Assembly: GCA_047602405.1 (NCBI GenBank) | Contig: JASGHJ010000001.1 | Location: forward strand, 832,001 to 896,000 | DNA: 64,000 nt | From: Anaeromyxobacteraceae bacterium | GTDB taxonomy: Bacteria > Myxococcota > Myxococcia > Myxococcales > Anaeromyxobacteraceae | Direction: 5' to 3' | Shown here: piece by piece, positions 12,169-22,905 of the stretch | Layout of the letters: the number at the start of each line of letters is the position of its first letter | How positions within the stretch are numbered: position 1 is the stretch's first letter | Program-made: the position numbers and the translations under genes | Notes under the pieces: generated by a model | What the model was told of the DNA's origin: nothing | The model's input: the letters and a program-made list of their open reading frames with translations, nothing else | The model's database searches: none

Positions 12169-13599
12169 GTGCCCAACCTGACGCCGAAGCAGGCCATCGA
12201 ACTCGCCAAGGAGAAGAAGGCTACCTACGTCGACCTGAAGTTCATGGACTTCGTCGGCCTCTGGCAGCACTTCTCCATCCCGCTGTACGAGCTGACCGAG
12301 GCCGTGTTCGAGGAGGGCCTCGGCTTCGACGGCTCCTCGATCCGCGGCTGGCAGGCGATCCACGCCTCCGACATGCTCGTCATGCCGGACGCCTCGACCG
12401 CCGCCATCGACCCGTTCATGGCGGAGCCCACGCTCTCGCTCATCTGCAACGTCAGTCGACCCGATCACGAAGGAGCCGTACTCGCGCGACCCGCGCAACA
12501 TCGCCATCAAGGCCGAGAAGTACCTGAAGTCCACCGGCATCGGCGACACGGCGTTCTTCGGCCCGGAGCCGGAGTTCTTCATCTTCGACGAGGTCCGCTA
12601 CGACTCGGAGCGTGAACCACGGCCTTCTACAAGGTCGACTCCGTCGAAGGGCCAGTGGAACACCGGCCGCGAGGAGGCCGGCGGCAACCTCGGCTACAAG
12701 TCCCGCTACAAGGAGGGCTACTTCCCGGTCGCGCCGACCGACAGCCAGCAGGACATCCGCACCGAGATGTGCCGCGTGATGGAGTCCGTCGGCATCCACG
12801 TCGAGCGCCAGCACCACGAGGTCGCCTCCGCCGGCCAGGCCGAGATCGACATCCGGTTCCAGTCGCTCGTCACGATGGCGGACCAGCTGCAGTGGTTCAA
12901 GTACATCATCAAGAACGTCGCCCGCCGGCACGGCAAGACCGTGACCTTCATGCCGAAGCCGCTCTTCGGCGACAACGGCTCGCGGCATGCACGTGCACCA
13001 GTCGATCTGGAAGGGCGGCAAGCCGCTCTTCGCCGGCGAGCGGCTACGCGGGCCTCTCCGAGATGGCGATGCACTACATCGGCGGCATCCTCAAGCACGG
13101 CCCGGCGCTCGCCGCGCTCTGCAACCCGACCACGAACAGCTACAAGCGGCTCGTGCCGGGCTTCGAGGCGCCGGTGAACCTCGCCTACTCCGCCCGCAAC
13201 CGCTCCGCGTCGATCCGCATCCCGATGTACTCGCCGTCGCCCAAGGCGAAGCGCATCGAGTTCCGGTCGCCGGACCCGTCCTCCAACGGCTACATCGCGT
13301 TCGCCGCGATGCTGATGGCCGGCCTGGACGGCATCGAGAACAAGATCAACCCCGGCCAGCCGCTCGACAAGGACATCTACGGCATGTCGCCGGAGGAGCT
13401 GAAGGACATCCCGAAGATGCCCGGCTCGCTCGACGAGGCGCTCGAGGCGCTCCGCAAGGACCACAAGTTCCTGCTGAAGGGCGACGTCTTCACCGAGGAC
13501 GTGATCGAGACCTGGATCCAGTACAAGTACGACAAGGAAGTGAACCCGGTCCGGATGCGCCCGAGCCCGCTCGAGTTCGCCCTGTACTTCGACATGTAG
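12169..13599 (+). CDS. glnA: Type I glutamine synthetase; about six single-base insertions, probably assembly errors
   Basis: [64 protein letters not shown] and adenylylation region DKDIY, spread across three frames. Confidence 0.95.
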
Positions 13600-13628
13600 T
13601 CCCCGCCTCACCTCCCCTGCTTCGACGG

Positions 13629-13655
13629 ACGGCCGCCCTCACGGGCGGCCGTTTT
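13629..13655 (+). terminator. Rho-independent terminator after glnA
   Basis: ACGGCCGCCC-TCAC-GGGCGGCCGT followed by TTT. Confidence 0.8.
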
Positions 13656-13698
13656 CGTCATGGGGTAGACTCGTCGTCAACCCGGAGGGGTGTAACGG

Positions 13699-15822
13699 AT
13701 GGCGGACCCGAGCACCGACCCGCGCGGCTGGCTGCAGGCGTGCCCCGAGCTGGAGCGCTTCACGGCGCACCCGCCCGTGGCCGCGGCCGTCGCGAAGGGC
13801 GACGGGTTCGCGCTCTTCAAGGCGCTGCGCGCGCGCCGCCGGACCGGGCGCGGCCCCGGCGAGGAGCGCGCGCTCGACGCGATCCTCGCGAAGCGCCGCC
13901 TCTTCGCGATGCCGACCGGCTCCGCGCCGGGCCTCTACACGCTGAACGGCATCGGCACCCGGATGTACGGAAGGAGCGAAGAGGGCACCGACGGCAGCTA
14001 CGTCGGCACCCTCTTCTTCACGTTCGTGTTCCTGCCGGTCTGGCCGATCGCGCAGTACCTCGTCTCGTCCGAGGGCGCGAAGTACTACTTCTTCGGCAAG
14101 GTCCCCATCTCGCCGACGCTGCGCGCCTGGCGCCTCACGGTGGTCGCGCTCGCGCTCGTCGCCGCGGGCTGGGCCGGCTACGGGCGCTGGGCGGGCGGGC
14201 GCACGCAGCTCGTCCACCTCCTGAACGGCCTCGACACCCGCGTCGTGGTGGAGGCCGGCGGGCGGCGCTTCGACGTCGCGCCGCGGGAGGGGGAGCTCGC
14301 CGTCGAGCTCCCCACCGGGCGCGTGCACGTGAAGGCGTCCACCGAGGCGGGGAAGCCCATCGAGGAGCTCGACCTCGAGGTGCCCTCCTACACGAAGTTC
14401 GTCGCCTACAACGTGCTCGGCGCCTCCCCGCTCGTGCTCGAGCACGTCTACTACGGCCCCGAGCCGAAGGGCGGCGGGGTGCCCCCGCGGTACCTCGCCG
14501 GCCAGCGCACGGTCGTGATCGCGGAGGTGGACTACGTCTTCCAGCCCGCGCCGGCGTCGGTGCAGACCTCGACGGCCGGCGCGAAGCGGACCCGGGCGCT
14601 CATCGCCGACGGCGGCTGGCGCAACGCGGTCGACCACCTGCGCTTCCGCGCGAAGCAGCCCGCCGAGGCGGAGCGGCTCGCGCGCGCCGTGCTCGCCGCG
14701 ACGCCCGGGCCGGAGGCGTTCGACGCCGCGTGGGAGCTCGCCTACGATCGCGGCGGGATGGCCGCGGCGCTCGAGGTCGCCGAGGCGGCCATCGCGGCCG
14801 ACCCGGCGCTCGTGAACGCGCACCGCATGCGGCAGGAGTTCCTGAAGTCGCTCGGGCGCCAGGCCGAGGCGCAGCGCCTCTACCGCGAGCTCGAGGCGAG
14901 GAGCCCGGACTCCGCCCTTGCGGCCTACCTGCGGGCGCGCGCGGAGGCGCCCGCCGAGGCCGACCGGCTGTTCGAGGCCGGGCTGCGCCGGTTCCCGGAC
15001 GACCCCAACTTCCTGCGCGCGGTGGCCTGGACGCAGCTGCGCGCCGGGCGGATCGCCGAGGCGGTCGACACCTGGGATCGCCTCGAGAAGGTCGCGCCGG
15101 CGGAGGCCGCCGAGATGCTGGAGCCGCGCGCGGTCGCGCTCGCGACGGTCGGCCGCGGCGCCGACGCCACCCGGCTCGTGGCCCTCGCGCTCGACCGGGA
15201 GCGCAGCTACGCGAACGCCCTCCTGTACGCGCGCGTCGCGCGCTTCGACCGGGCGCCCGCCCACCCGCCGCGCCACTACCTCGAGACCATCGAGCGCCAG
15301 GCCAGCCCGGTCGACGGCGCCTTCCTCAAGGTCGTGAAGGCGAGCGTGCTCGGCGAGCCGGTGCCGGCCGCGAGCGAGCTCGCCGCGATCCAGGAGCCCG
15401 AGGTCCGCGACGGCGCGCTGCTCCTCCTCGACGCCCTCACCGCGCCGGAGAAGGCCATGCGCGCGCTCGCGAAGGCGAGCCGGGCGCAGGCGCGCTACGT
15501 CGACGCCACGCTCCGGCTCATGCTCGCGGCGGAGGCGGCGCGCGTGGACCCGGCGCTCGTCGAGGCGATCGTCGGCGACATCGACGGGGTCCCGGCCTTC
15601 GCGGAGCTCCTCGGCAAGTTCATCCGGGGCGAGGACCCGGCGCTCCTCGCCGACCTGCCCTTCGAGCACCGCACCGCGCTCCTCGCCGGCCGCGCGCGGG
15701 CGCTCGAGGCCGCCGGCAAGGACCCCTCCGCGCTGCTCGCGGAGATCCGGCGGCGCGAGGCGGTGCCGGGGATCGTGACCGTCGCGCTGGAGCGGTGGCC
15801 GAAGGTGATGAAGGGGAAGTAG
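13699..15822 (+). CDS. Membrane protein with TPR-like helical repeats
   Basis: GGAGG RBS; TM segments (TLFFTFVFLPVWPI; LTVVALALVAAGW); Ala-rich TPR-like repeats (LRRFPDDPNFL). Confidence 0.7.
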   Translation: MADPSTDPRGWLQACPELERFTAHPPVAAAVAKGDGFALFKALRARRRTGRGPGEERALDAILAKRRLFAMPTGSAPGLYTLNGIGTRMYGRSEEGTDGSYVGTLFFTFVFLPVWPIAQYLVSSEGAKYYFFGKVPISPTLRAWRLTVVALALVAAGWAGYGRWAGGRTQLVHLLNGLDTRVVVEAGGRRFDVAPREGELAVELPTGRVHVKASTEAGKPIEELDLEVPSYTKFVAYNVLGASPLVLEHVYYGPEPKGGGVPPRYLAGQRTVVIAEVDYVFQPAPASVQTSTAGAKRTRALIADGGWRNAVDHLRFRAKQPAEAERLARAVLAATPGPEAFDAAWELAYDRGGMAAALEVAEAAIAADPALVNAHRMRQEFLKSLGRQAEAQRLYRELEARSPDSALAAYLRARAEAPAEADRLFEAGLRRFPDDPNFLRAVAWTQLRAGRIAEAVDTWDRLEKVAPAEAAEMLEPRAVALATVGRGADATRLVALALDRERSYANALLYARVARFDRAPAHPPRHYLETIERQASPVDGAFLKVVKASVLGEPVPAASELAAIQEPEVRDGALLLLDALTAPEKAMRALAKASRAQARYVDATLRLMLAAEAARVDPALVEAIVGDIDGVPAFAELLGKFIRGEDPALLADLPFEHRTALLAGRARALEAAGKDPSALLAEIRRREAVPGIVTVALERWPKVMKGK

Positions 15823-15842
15823 CGCGCCTTCCGGAGCTGCCC

Positions 15843-17171
15843 TTGCCTTCCCTCTCCACAGGGCTGCGCGCGGCGATCGGCGGGCTGCCGCGGCCCTTCT
15901 ACGTGCTCCTCGCGGGCATGTTCGTGAACCGGCTCGCGACGTTCGTCGCGATCTTCCTCGGGCCGTACCTCGTCAACACCCACGGGTTCACGCCGGACGC
16001 GGCCGGGCGGGTGGTGGCGCTGTTCGGCGTGGGGATCCTGGTCGCGGGCCCCCTCGGCGGCACGCTCGCGGACGCCATCGGCCGGCGCGCCACGATGCTG
16101 CTCTCGCTCGTCTCGGGCGGCTTCGCGGTGCTGGGCGTGGGGCTCGTGCGCGAGCCCACGCTGCTCGCGCTCTTCGCGTTCCTCTCGGCGCTCACCTCCG
16201 AGGGGTACCGGCCGGCGCTGCAGGCGGCGATCGCCGACCTCGTGCCGCCGGAGGAGCGCCCGCGCGCGTTCGGGCTCGTGTACTGGGTCGTGAACGCGGG
16301 CTGGACGGTCGGGCTCCTCCTCGCGGGCTTCATCGCCGAGCGGAGCTTCGTCGCGCTGTTCGCCGCCGACGCGGCGACCTGCCTCCTCTTCGCGGCGATC
16401 ATCTACTGGAAGGTGCCGGAGACGCACCCGCACCTCGCCGCCGGGGCGGGGGGGGCCGTTCATCCCGAGCGCAGGGCCCGCGAAGCGGGCCCGGAGTCGA
16501 GGGACGAGCCCCCCGGGTACACAGGGTTCGCCCAGGTCCTGCGCGATCGGATCTTCCTCGTGTTCGCGGCGCTGTACCTCGGCGCGCTCGTCATCTTCCT
16601 GCAGTTCCAGCTCGCGGCGCCGCTCGACTGGGGCGCGCACGGGGTCGGGCCCGCGGTCTACTCGGCGCTCCTCTCGTTCAACGGGCTCGGGGTGGTCGTG
16701 TTCCAGCCGCTCATCGGGCCGTGGCTGCGCCGGTTCGACGGCGCGCGGCTGCTCGCGGCCTCGGCGCTCCTCTTCGGCCTCGGCTTCGGCGTGAACGCGT
16801 TCGGGGGCAACGTGCCGCTCTACGCGTTCGGCGTGGTGCTCTGGACCATCGGCGAGGTGGTCGGCTTCCCCGCCGGCGCGACGCTCGTCGCGGACCTCGC
16901 ACCGGTCGCGCTGCGCGGGCGCTACCAGGGCGCGTTCTCGATGAGCTGGGGCATCGCCTTCTCGGTCGCCCCGCTGGTCGGCGGCGAGGTGCTCGCCCGG
17001 TTCGGCGCGCCGACGCTCTGGCTCGGCTGCCTCGGCGCAGGCGTCCTGCTCGCGGGCCTGAACCTCCTCGCCGGGCCGGCGCGCCGCCGGAGGCTCGACG
17101 CGCTCGGCATCCCCCGGCCGGGACAGGCCCCGGATGCGGGCGGCGCGGCCGCGGCGGCGCCTCCACACTGA
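15843..17171 (+). CDS. MFS transporter
   Basis: Motif A GTLADAIGRR; about 12 hydrophobic segments; TTG start inferred. Confidence 0.88.
   Translation: MPSLSTGLRAAIGGLPRPFYVLLAGMFVNRLATFVAIFLGPYLVNTHGFTPDAAGRVVALFGVGILVAGPLGGTLADAIGRRATMLLSLVSGGFAVLGVGLVREPTLLALFAFLSALTSEGYRPALQAAIADLVPPEERPRAFGLVYWVVNAGWTVGLLLAGFIAERSFVALFAADAATCLLFAAIIYWKVPETHPHLAAGAGGAVHPERRAREAGPESRDEPPGYTGFAQVLRDRIFLVFAALYLGALVIFLQFQLAAPLDWGAHGVGPAVYSALLSFNGLGVVVFQPLIGPWLRRFDGARLLAASALLFGLGFGVNAFGGNVPLYAFGVVLWTIGEVVGFPAGATLVADLAPVALRGRYQGAFSMSWGIAFSVAPLVGGEVLARFGAPTLWLGCLGAGVLLAGLNLLAGPARRRRLDALGIPRPGQAPDAGGAAAAAPPH
16456..16506. repeat. REP-like element inside the MFS central loop (51 bp, frame-preserving)
   Basis: Reverse-complement copy of the 5929 element; read as VHPERRAREAGPESRD. 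Confidence 0.85.
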
Positions 17172-17188
17172 GCCGCGGGAGGTGGACC

Positions 17189-18310
17189 GTGGCGGCGACG
17201 TACCGGGGGCTCGAGGGCATCGGCGACGACCTCGCCCGCGAGCGCACGTTCGTCCAGGGGCGCTCGGAGAGCTACGTGCGGGCGCTCGACCTGTTGCCGG
17301 GGCTGCTCGCCGGCGACGCGGGCGCGGCGGTGCGGCAGGACTGGGCGGTCCGCACCTTCACGGCCTGGTACGACCGGCCGCTGCTCCTCCTCGCGGCGCT
17401 CCGCGACGACGCGCTCGCGACCGGGCAGGCGCACCCGCTCCACGCGGCGTTCACCGGCGAGCGCCCGGACCCCGGCGCGGTCACCCCGGACGCGCTCGTC
17501 GCGGCGCTCGCGCCCGAGCGCGGCCGCCTCCACGAGAACCTCCGCCGGCGCGGCGTGCAGACGAACGAGACCTCCCGGGCGGTCACCTGGCTGTGGCCGG
17601 CGCGGCTCCTGGGCCTGGGCACGCCCGCCCGCCCGCTCGCGCTCGCCGACCTCGGCGCGAGCGCGGGGCTGAACCTCGTCGCCGACGAGCTGCCCGACGT
17701 CTGGACCGACGAGACGGGCGCGCCGCTCGAGGTGGCCGGGCCGCTCCACGCGGTCGCCCGGCTCGGGCTCGACGCGGCCCCGCTCGACGCGACGGACGAG
17801 GAGGACTCCCGCTGGCTCCTCGCCTGCGTCTGGCCGGGCGAGCACCACCGCGAGCTGCGCCTCCTGCGCGCGCTGACCGCGTTCAAGGCCGCGCGGACGC
17901 GGCTCGACGCCCCGGTGCTCGCGCCGGTGCGCGCGCGCGCGTGGCCGGAGCGGCTCGATCTCCTGTCCGGCACGCACACCGACGCGGTCGTCCTCGCCTA
18001 CCAGACGATCGTGCGCGACTACATCCTCGAGGACGAGCGGCGCGAGTACGAGGACGGGATGCGCGCCTGGATCGCGACGCACCCGCCCGGGCGCGCGCTC
18101 TGGGCCGAGCTCGAGCTCCTCGCCGACGCGGGGCCCGGCCAGGCGGCGATCCAGCTCACGCGGCGCGAGGCCGACGGGCTCGTCCGGACCCGGCGCCTCG
18201 CCCGGTGCCACCCGCACCCGACCCGCGTCGAGCGCGACCTCGCGGCCGTGACGGAGCTCGTCAGGCTCAGCCCCGCGCCGGCCCCGGCGGGTCCCCGCCC
18301 TCCCGCCTGA
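17189..18310 (+). CDS. DUF2332-family protein
   Basis: VQTNETSR, DLGASAGLNL, LLACVWP and CHPH motifs. Confidence 0.75.
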   Translation: MAATYRGLEGIGDDLARERTFVQGRSESYVRALDLLPGLLAGDAGAAVRQDWAVRTFTAWYDRPLLLLAALRDDALATGQAHPLHAAFTGERPDPGAVTPDALVAALAPERGRLHENLRRRGVQTNETSRAVTWLWPARLLGLGTPARPLALADLGASAGLNLVADELPDVWTDETGAPLEVAGPLHAVARLGLDAAPLDATDEEDSRWLLACVWPGEHHRELRLLRALTAFKAARTRLDAPVLAPVRARAWPERLDLLSGTHTDAVVLAYQTIVRDYILEDERREYEDGMRAWIATHPPGRALWAELELLADAGPGQAAIQLTRREADGLVRTRRLARCHPHPTRVERDLAAVTELVRLSPAPAPAGPRPPA

Positions 18311-18674
18311 TCGGCGCGGTCGAGGGGAAGCTCAGCAGGAAGGCCGCGCTCCCGAGGAAGAGCACGGCCATCGCGGCGAGGCCCCACCCCGGCGTGCTCC
18401 CGTGCAGCCAGGCGAGCGCGAACGTCACGGTCATGGTGCCGAGGGAGAGCGCCTTCGCGTAGCGCGGCACCACCCGGTGGTCGTGGAACGCGCGGAGCGG
18501 CGGCCCGAAGACCGGGTGGTGGTAGAGCCAGTCGTGGAACCGCCGGGAGCTCCGCGCGAAGGCCCACAGCGCCACGAGGAAGAACGGCGTCGCCGGCAGG
18601 AGCGGGAGCACCGCCCCGAGGACGCCGAGCCCCGTGAAGACGAAGCCGATCCCGAGGAACGCCCAGCGCGGCAC
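18267..18674 (-). CDS. YbaN/DUF454 inner membrane protein
   Basis: GVLGAVLPLLPATPFFLVALWAFARSS.RFHDWLY.HPVFG. Confidence 0.88.
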   Translation of the reverse strand: MPRWAFLGIGFVFTGLGVLGAVLPLLPATPFFLVALWAFARSSRRFHDWLYHHPVFGPPLRAFHDHRVVPRYAKALSLGTMTVTFALAWLHGSTPGWGLAAMAVLFLGSAAFLLSFPSTAPIRREGGDPPGPARG

Positions 18675-18682
18675 GCCGGGGA

Positions 18683-19429
<747 letters not shown>

Positions 19430-19442
19430 GGGTCCTCCAGCT

Positions 19443-19507
19443 CGTGGCTCGACAGGCTCACCACGAACGGAATCGTCGAACCGTTCGCCCTGAGCTTGTC
19501 GAAGGGC
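19443..19507. repeat. Inverted pair of short REP-like elements (BIME-like)
   Basis: CGTGGCTCGACAGGCTCACCACGAACGG followed by the reverse complement of GCCCTTCGACAAGCTCAGGGCGAACGG. Confidence 0.75.
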
Positions 19508-19600
19508 GAACCGTATCGCAGCGCGTCACGCGGTCGCGCGCCCGATCGGGTCGCTCCCCCGTGCTTGAAGTCCCTGCACGAACAGACTACACCCCCAATA

Positions 19601-19629
19601 CTGAAACATGAATCGGTATTCAAGTTCAG
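19601..19629. promoter_or_regulatory. Putative TetR operator palindrome
   Basis: CTGAA-ACA-TGAAT-CGGT-ATTCA-AG-TTCAG, an AT-rich inverted repeat between the divergent SDR and TetR genes. Confidence 0.6.
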
Positions 19630-20318
19630 CCCGCAGGGCCTCCTCCGCGACGACGCCCGTGACCGCGCCGGTGACGAAGCGCGGCCAGCGCACGCGCCTC
19701 AGGCTCGTCGAGGCGGCGGAGCGCGTGTTCGGCGAGAAGGGCTTCGAGCGCGCGTCCATCAGCGACATCACCCGCGAGGCGGGCGTCGCGCTCGGCACCT
19801 TCTACGTCTACTTCGAGGACAAGCAGGCGCTCCTCGTCGAGGTGGTGGACGGGCTCTCCGAGCGGCTGAAGGACGCGCTCGCGAAGGCCACCACCGGCCT
19901 CGAGGACCGCGTCGCCGTCGAGCGCGAGGGGCTCCGCGCGTTCTTCGGCTTCGTCACCGAGCACCGGCTCCTCTACCGCGTGGTGCGGCAGGCCGAGTTC
20001 GTCGACGAGGCCTGCTTCCAGCGCTACTACCGCGGCTTCGCGGTGCCCTACGCGAAGGCGCTGCAGGGCGCGCAGCGCCGCGGCCAGCTCCGCAAGATCG
20101 ATCCCGAGGCGCTCGCGTACTGCCTGATGGGCATCGCCGACTTCCTGGGCATGCGCTACGTGCTCTGGGGCCGCGGGCGCGGCGCGGAGGACGCCCTCGA
20201 CGCCGCGCTCTCCTTCATCAGGTCGGGAATGTCCCTCGACTCCGGGCCCGCTGACGCGGGCCCTACGCTCGGGACGAACGGCTCTGGTCCATCCAAGAAA
20301 GGCTCCAAGCGGCCATGA
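19608..20318 (+). CDS. TetR/AcrR family regulator (true start may be GTG 19659)
   Basis: RLVEAAERVFGEKGFERASISDITREAGVALGTFYVYFEDK. Confidence 0.92.
   Translation: MNRYSSSARRASSATTPVTAPVTKRGQRTRLRLVEAAERVFGEKGFERASISDITREAGVALGTFYVYFEDKQALLVEVVDGLSERLKDALAKATTGLEDRVAVEREGLRAFFGFVTEHRLLYRVVRQAEFVDEACFQRYYRGFAVPYAKALQGAQRRGQLRKIDPEALAYCLMGIADFLGMRYVLWGRGRGAEDALDAALSFIRSGMSLDSGPADAGPTLGTNGSGPSKKGSKRP
20231..20281. repeat. REP-like element within the TetR 3' end
   Basis: GTCCCTCGACTCCGGGCCCGCTGACGCGGGCCCTACGCTCGGGACGAACGG; translated SLDSGPADAGPTLGTNG. Confidence 0.85.
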
Positions 20319-21310
20319 GGTACGCGCAGATCCTCTCCACCGGACGCTACGTCCCGGCCCGCCGGGTCACGAACGCCGAGCTCGAGAAGTCCCTCGGCGA
20401 GCCCGTGGACCAGTGGCTCCGTGACAACGTCGGCATCGAGGCGCGGCACTACATGGCCGACGGCGAGGTCACGAGCGACCTCGCGCTCGCGGCCGCGAAG
20501 GAGGCGCTCGCCCGCGCCGGGGTGAAGCCGGAGGAGCTCGACCTCGTGGTCGTCGCCTCCGACACGCCCGACCAGCCGAGCCCCGGCACCTCCTCGGTGC
20601 TCCAGCACAGGCTCGGCGCGCGGAACGCCGGCACCTTCGACGTGAACTGCGCCTGCGCGAGCTTCGTCACCGCGCTCGACGTCGCCTCGAAGCAGCTCCG
20701 CGGCGATGAGGACCTCTCGAAGGTGCTCGTGGTCGGCGCCTACGGGATGAGCCGGCACGTCGACTGGAAGGACAAGAAGACCTGCACGCTCTTCGCCGAC
20801 GGCGCGGGCGCGGTCGTGCTCGGCGCGGGGAACCAGCCCGGCATCCTCGCCGGCAAGCTCGAGGCCCACGGCGAGTACCACGACGCCCTCGGCATCTACG
20901 GCGGCGGCACGCTCCACCCCTCGACGCCCGCCTACGTCGCGGCGAACGGGCAGCCCTTCGTGAAGTTCGTGCGGAAGTTCCCGGCGACCTTCAACACCGA
21001 GCGCTGGCCGGCGCTCGTGAACGGCCTCCTCGCGAAGACGGGCACCTCGATCGACGACGTGAAGCTCTTCGTCTTCACCCAGCTCAACCTGCGCACCATC
21101 GAGGCCACCATGAAGGTCCTCGGCGTGCCGATGTCGCGCACGCACTGGACGATGGACCGCTGGGGCTACACGGGCAGCGCGTGCATCCCGATGACGCTCG
21201 ACGACGCCGTGCAGGCCGGGAAGGTCAGGAAGGGCGACCTCGTCATGCTGATGGCGAGCGGCGGCGGCCTCGCGATGGCGGGGTCGATCCTCCGCTGGAC
21301 TGCCGGGTAG
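20315..21310 (+). CDS. 3-oxoacyl-ACP synthase III (FabH-like) family protein with non-canonical active site
   Basis: DVNCACASF and LFADGAGA present; HQAN is replaced by TQLN and GNTS by GYTG. Confidence 0.88.
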   Translation: MRYAQILSTGRYVPARRVTNAELEKSLGEPVDQWLRDNVGIEARHYMADGEVTSDLALAAAKEALARAGVKPEELDLVVVASDTPDQPSPGTSSVLQHRLGARNAGTFDVNCACASFVTALDVASKQLRGDEDLSKVLVVGAYGMSRHVDWKDKKTCTLFADGAGAVVLGAGNQPGILAGKLEAHGEYHDALGIYGGGTLHPSTPAYVAANGQPFVKFVRKFPATFNTERWPALVNGLLAKTGTSIDDVKLFVFTQLNLRTIEATMKVLGVPMSRTHWTMDRWGYTGSACIPMTLDDAVQAGKVRKGDLVMLMASGGGLAMAGSILRWTAG

Positions 21311-21321
21311 AGGAGGCGGGC

Positions 21322-22905
21322 ATGTGGTACGGCGACTGGGGGGCGCGCGGCGCCCTGTACTGGCCGGAGGAGACGGCCATCGTCGAGGTCGTGCCCGGCA
21401 CCACGCCCGGCTCGGCCGCCCGCACCCGCCGCTTCACCTACGCCGCGCTCGACGTCCGCGCGAACAAGGTCGCGGCCTGGCTGCGCGACCACGCCGGGGT
21501 GCGCGCGGGCGACAAGGTCGGGATGATCGCGATGAACGGCGTCGAGGTGCTCGACGTCCTCTTCGCCTGCGGGAAGCTCGGGGCGGTCCTCGTCCCGTAC
21601 AACTGGCGGCTCCACGCGGCCGAGCTCGGCGAGCTCGTGCGGCGCACGGCGCCGAAGGTCGTCTTCTATTCGGAGGAGCTCCAGGCGCTCGCCGGCGAGG
21701 CGCTCGCGTTCTGGGGCGGCTCGGCGCGCACGCTCCCCGCGCTCGTGCACCTCGAGGGCCCGGGGCTCCCCGGCTCGACGGCCCACGAGGCGGTCCTCGC
21801 GACCTCCCGCGCCGACCCGATCTCGAACCCCGCGTTCCGGGAGACCGACGTCGCGTGCCTGCTCTTCACCGGCGGCACCACGGGCCTCCCGAAGGCCGCG
21901 CGCATCACCTACCGGCAGATCGCGTGGAACACCTTCACCACGATGGTCCACGAGATCCGCCCGGGCGACGTGACCATCACCCACACGCCGATGTTCCACA
22001 CCGGCGGGCTCTTCGTGTACACGGTGCCGTTCCTCTCGATCGGCGGGCGCGTCGTGCTGATGCGCCGGTGGGACGCGGCGCTCGCGCTGAAGCTTCTCCA
22101 GGACGAGAAGGTCACCGCGTTCTTCGCGGTCCCGACCCAGTACCAGCAGCTCCTCGAGGCGCCCGGCTTCGCCGAGGCCGACCTCTCGCGCATCCGCTAC
22201 CTCACGAGCGGCGGCGCCGCGATGCCCGGCCCGCTCCGCGCCGCCTGGGCGGGCACGCACCCCATCCCGTTCAAGCAGGGCTTCGGGATGACCGAGTTCG
22301 GCCCGGGCGTCTTCTCCTTCCCGGCCTCCGAGGCGGACCGGAAGGCCGGCTCCATCGGCCTCGTGAACCAGTTCATCGAGGCGCGGCTCGTCGACGAGGA
22401 CGGCCGGGACGTGAAGCAGGGCGAGGTCGGCGAGCTCCTGCTCCGCGGCCCGGCCTGCTGCGACGGCTACGAGGGGCCGGACGGCTCGGTCTCGCGCGAG
22501 GGCATCGACGCCGAGGGCTGGCTGCACTCCGGCGACCTCATGCGCCAGGACGAGGACCGGTACTTCTGGGTCGCCGGGCGCCGCAAGGACATGTTCATCT
22601 CGGGCGGCGAGAACGTCTACCCGCTCGAGGTCGAGAACGCGCTCCTCACGCACCCGGCCGTCGCGATGGCGTCGGTGGTCGGCGTGCCGGACGCGAAGTG
22701 GGGCGAGGTCGGCCACGCGTTCTACACGCTGAAGCCCGGCGCCGTTGCCGAGCCCGACGCGCTCCTCGAGCACCTCAGGACCCGGCTCGCGAAGTACAAG
22801 GTCCCGAAGCAGGTCACGCGCGTCGACGCGATGCCGCTCTCGGCGGCCGGGAAGATCCTCAAGACCGAGCTCAGGAAGCTCGCCGTCCCCGGAGGGAAGT
22901 CATGA
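21322..22905 (+). CDS. Acyl-CoA ligase (AMP-binding)
   Basis: FTGGTTGLPK, GFGMTE, SGDL, GRRKDMFISGGENVYP.EVE, GKILK. Confidence 0.93.
   Translation: MWYGDWGARGALYWPEETAIVEVVPGTTPGSAARTRRFTYAALDVRANKVAAWLRDHAGVRAGDKVGMIAMNGVEVLDVLFACGKLGAVLVPYNWRLHAAELGELVRRTAPKVVFYSEELQALAGEALAFWGGSARTLPALVHLEGPGLPGSTAHEAVLATSRADPISNPAFRETDVACLLFTGGTTGLPKAARITYRQIAWNTFTTMVHEIRPGDVTITHTPMFHTGGLFVYTVPFLSIGGRVVLMRRWDAALALKLLQDEKVTAFFAVPTQYQQLLEAPGFAEADLSRIRYLTSGGAAMPGPLRAAWAGTHPIPFKQGFGMTEFGPGVFSFPASEADRKAGSIGLVNQFIEARLVDEDGRDVKQGEVGELLLRGPACCDGYEGPDGSVSREGIDAEGWLHSGDLMRQDEDRYFWVAGRRKDMFISGGENVYPLEVENALLTHPAVAMASVVGVPDAKWGEVGHAFYTLKPGAVAEPDALLEHLRTRLAKYKVPKQVTRVDAMPLSAAGKILKTELRKLAVPGGKS

Noticed and set aside
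12169..13599. glnA as a pseudogene or programmed frameshift
   Set aside because: Intact promoter, terminator and motifs, with no slippery sequences; the pattern fits sequencing indels.
12987..17171. 1394-aa ORF, and similar giant ORFs such as 43524-48068, 47902-52752 and 5594-8527
   Set aside because: These are Arg/Gly/Pro-rich shadow frames caused by high GC. Where real coding is present, it is only a segment (usually the 3' part) that matches a recognisable gene.
18267..18310. Convergent 3' overlaps (also 33458-33473 and 39713-39735)
   Set aside because: Short tail overlaps are common in GC-rich genomes; no sign of function.
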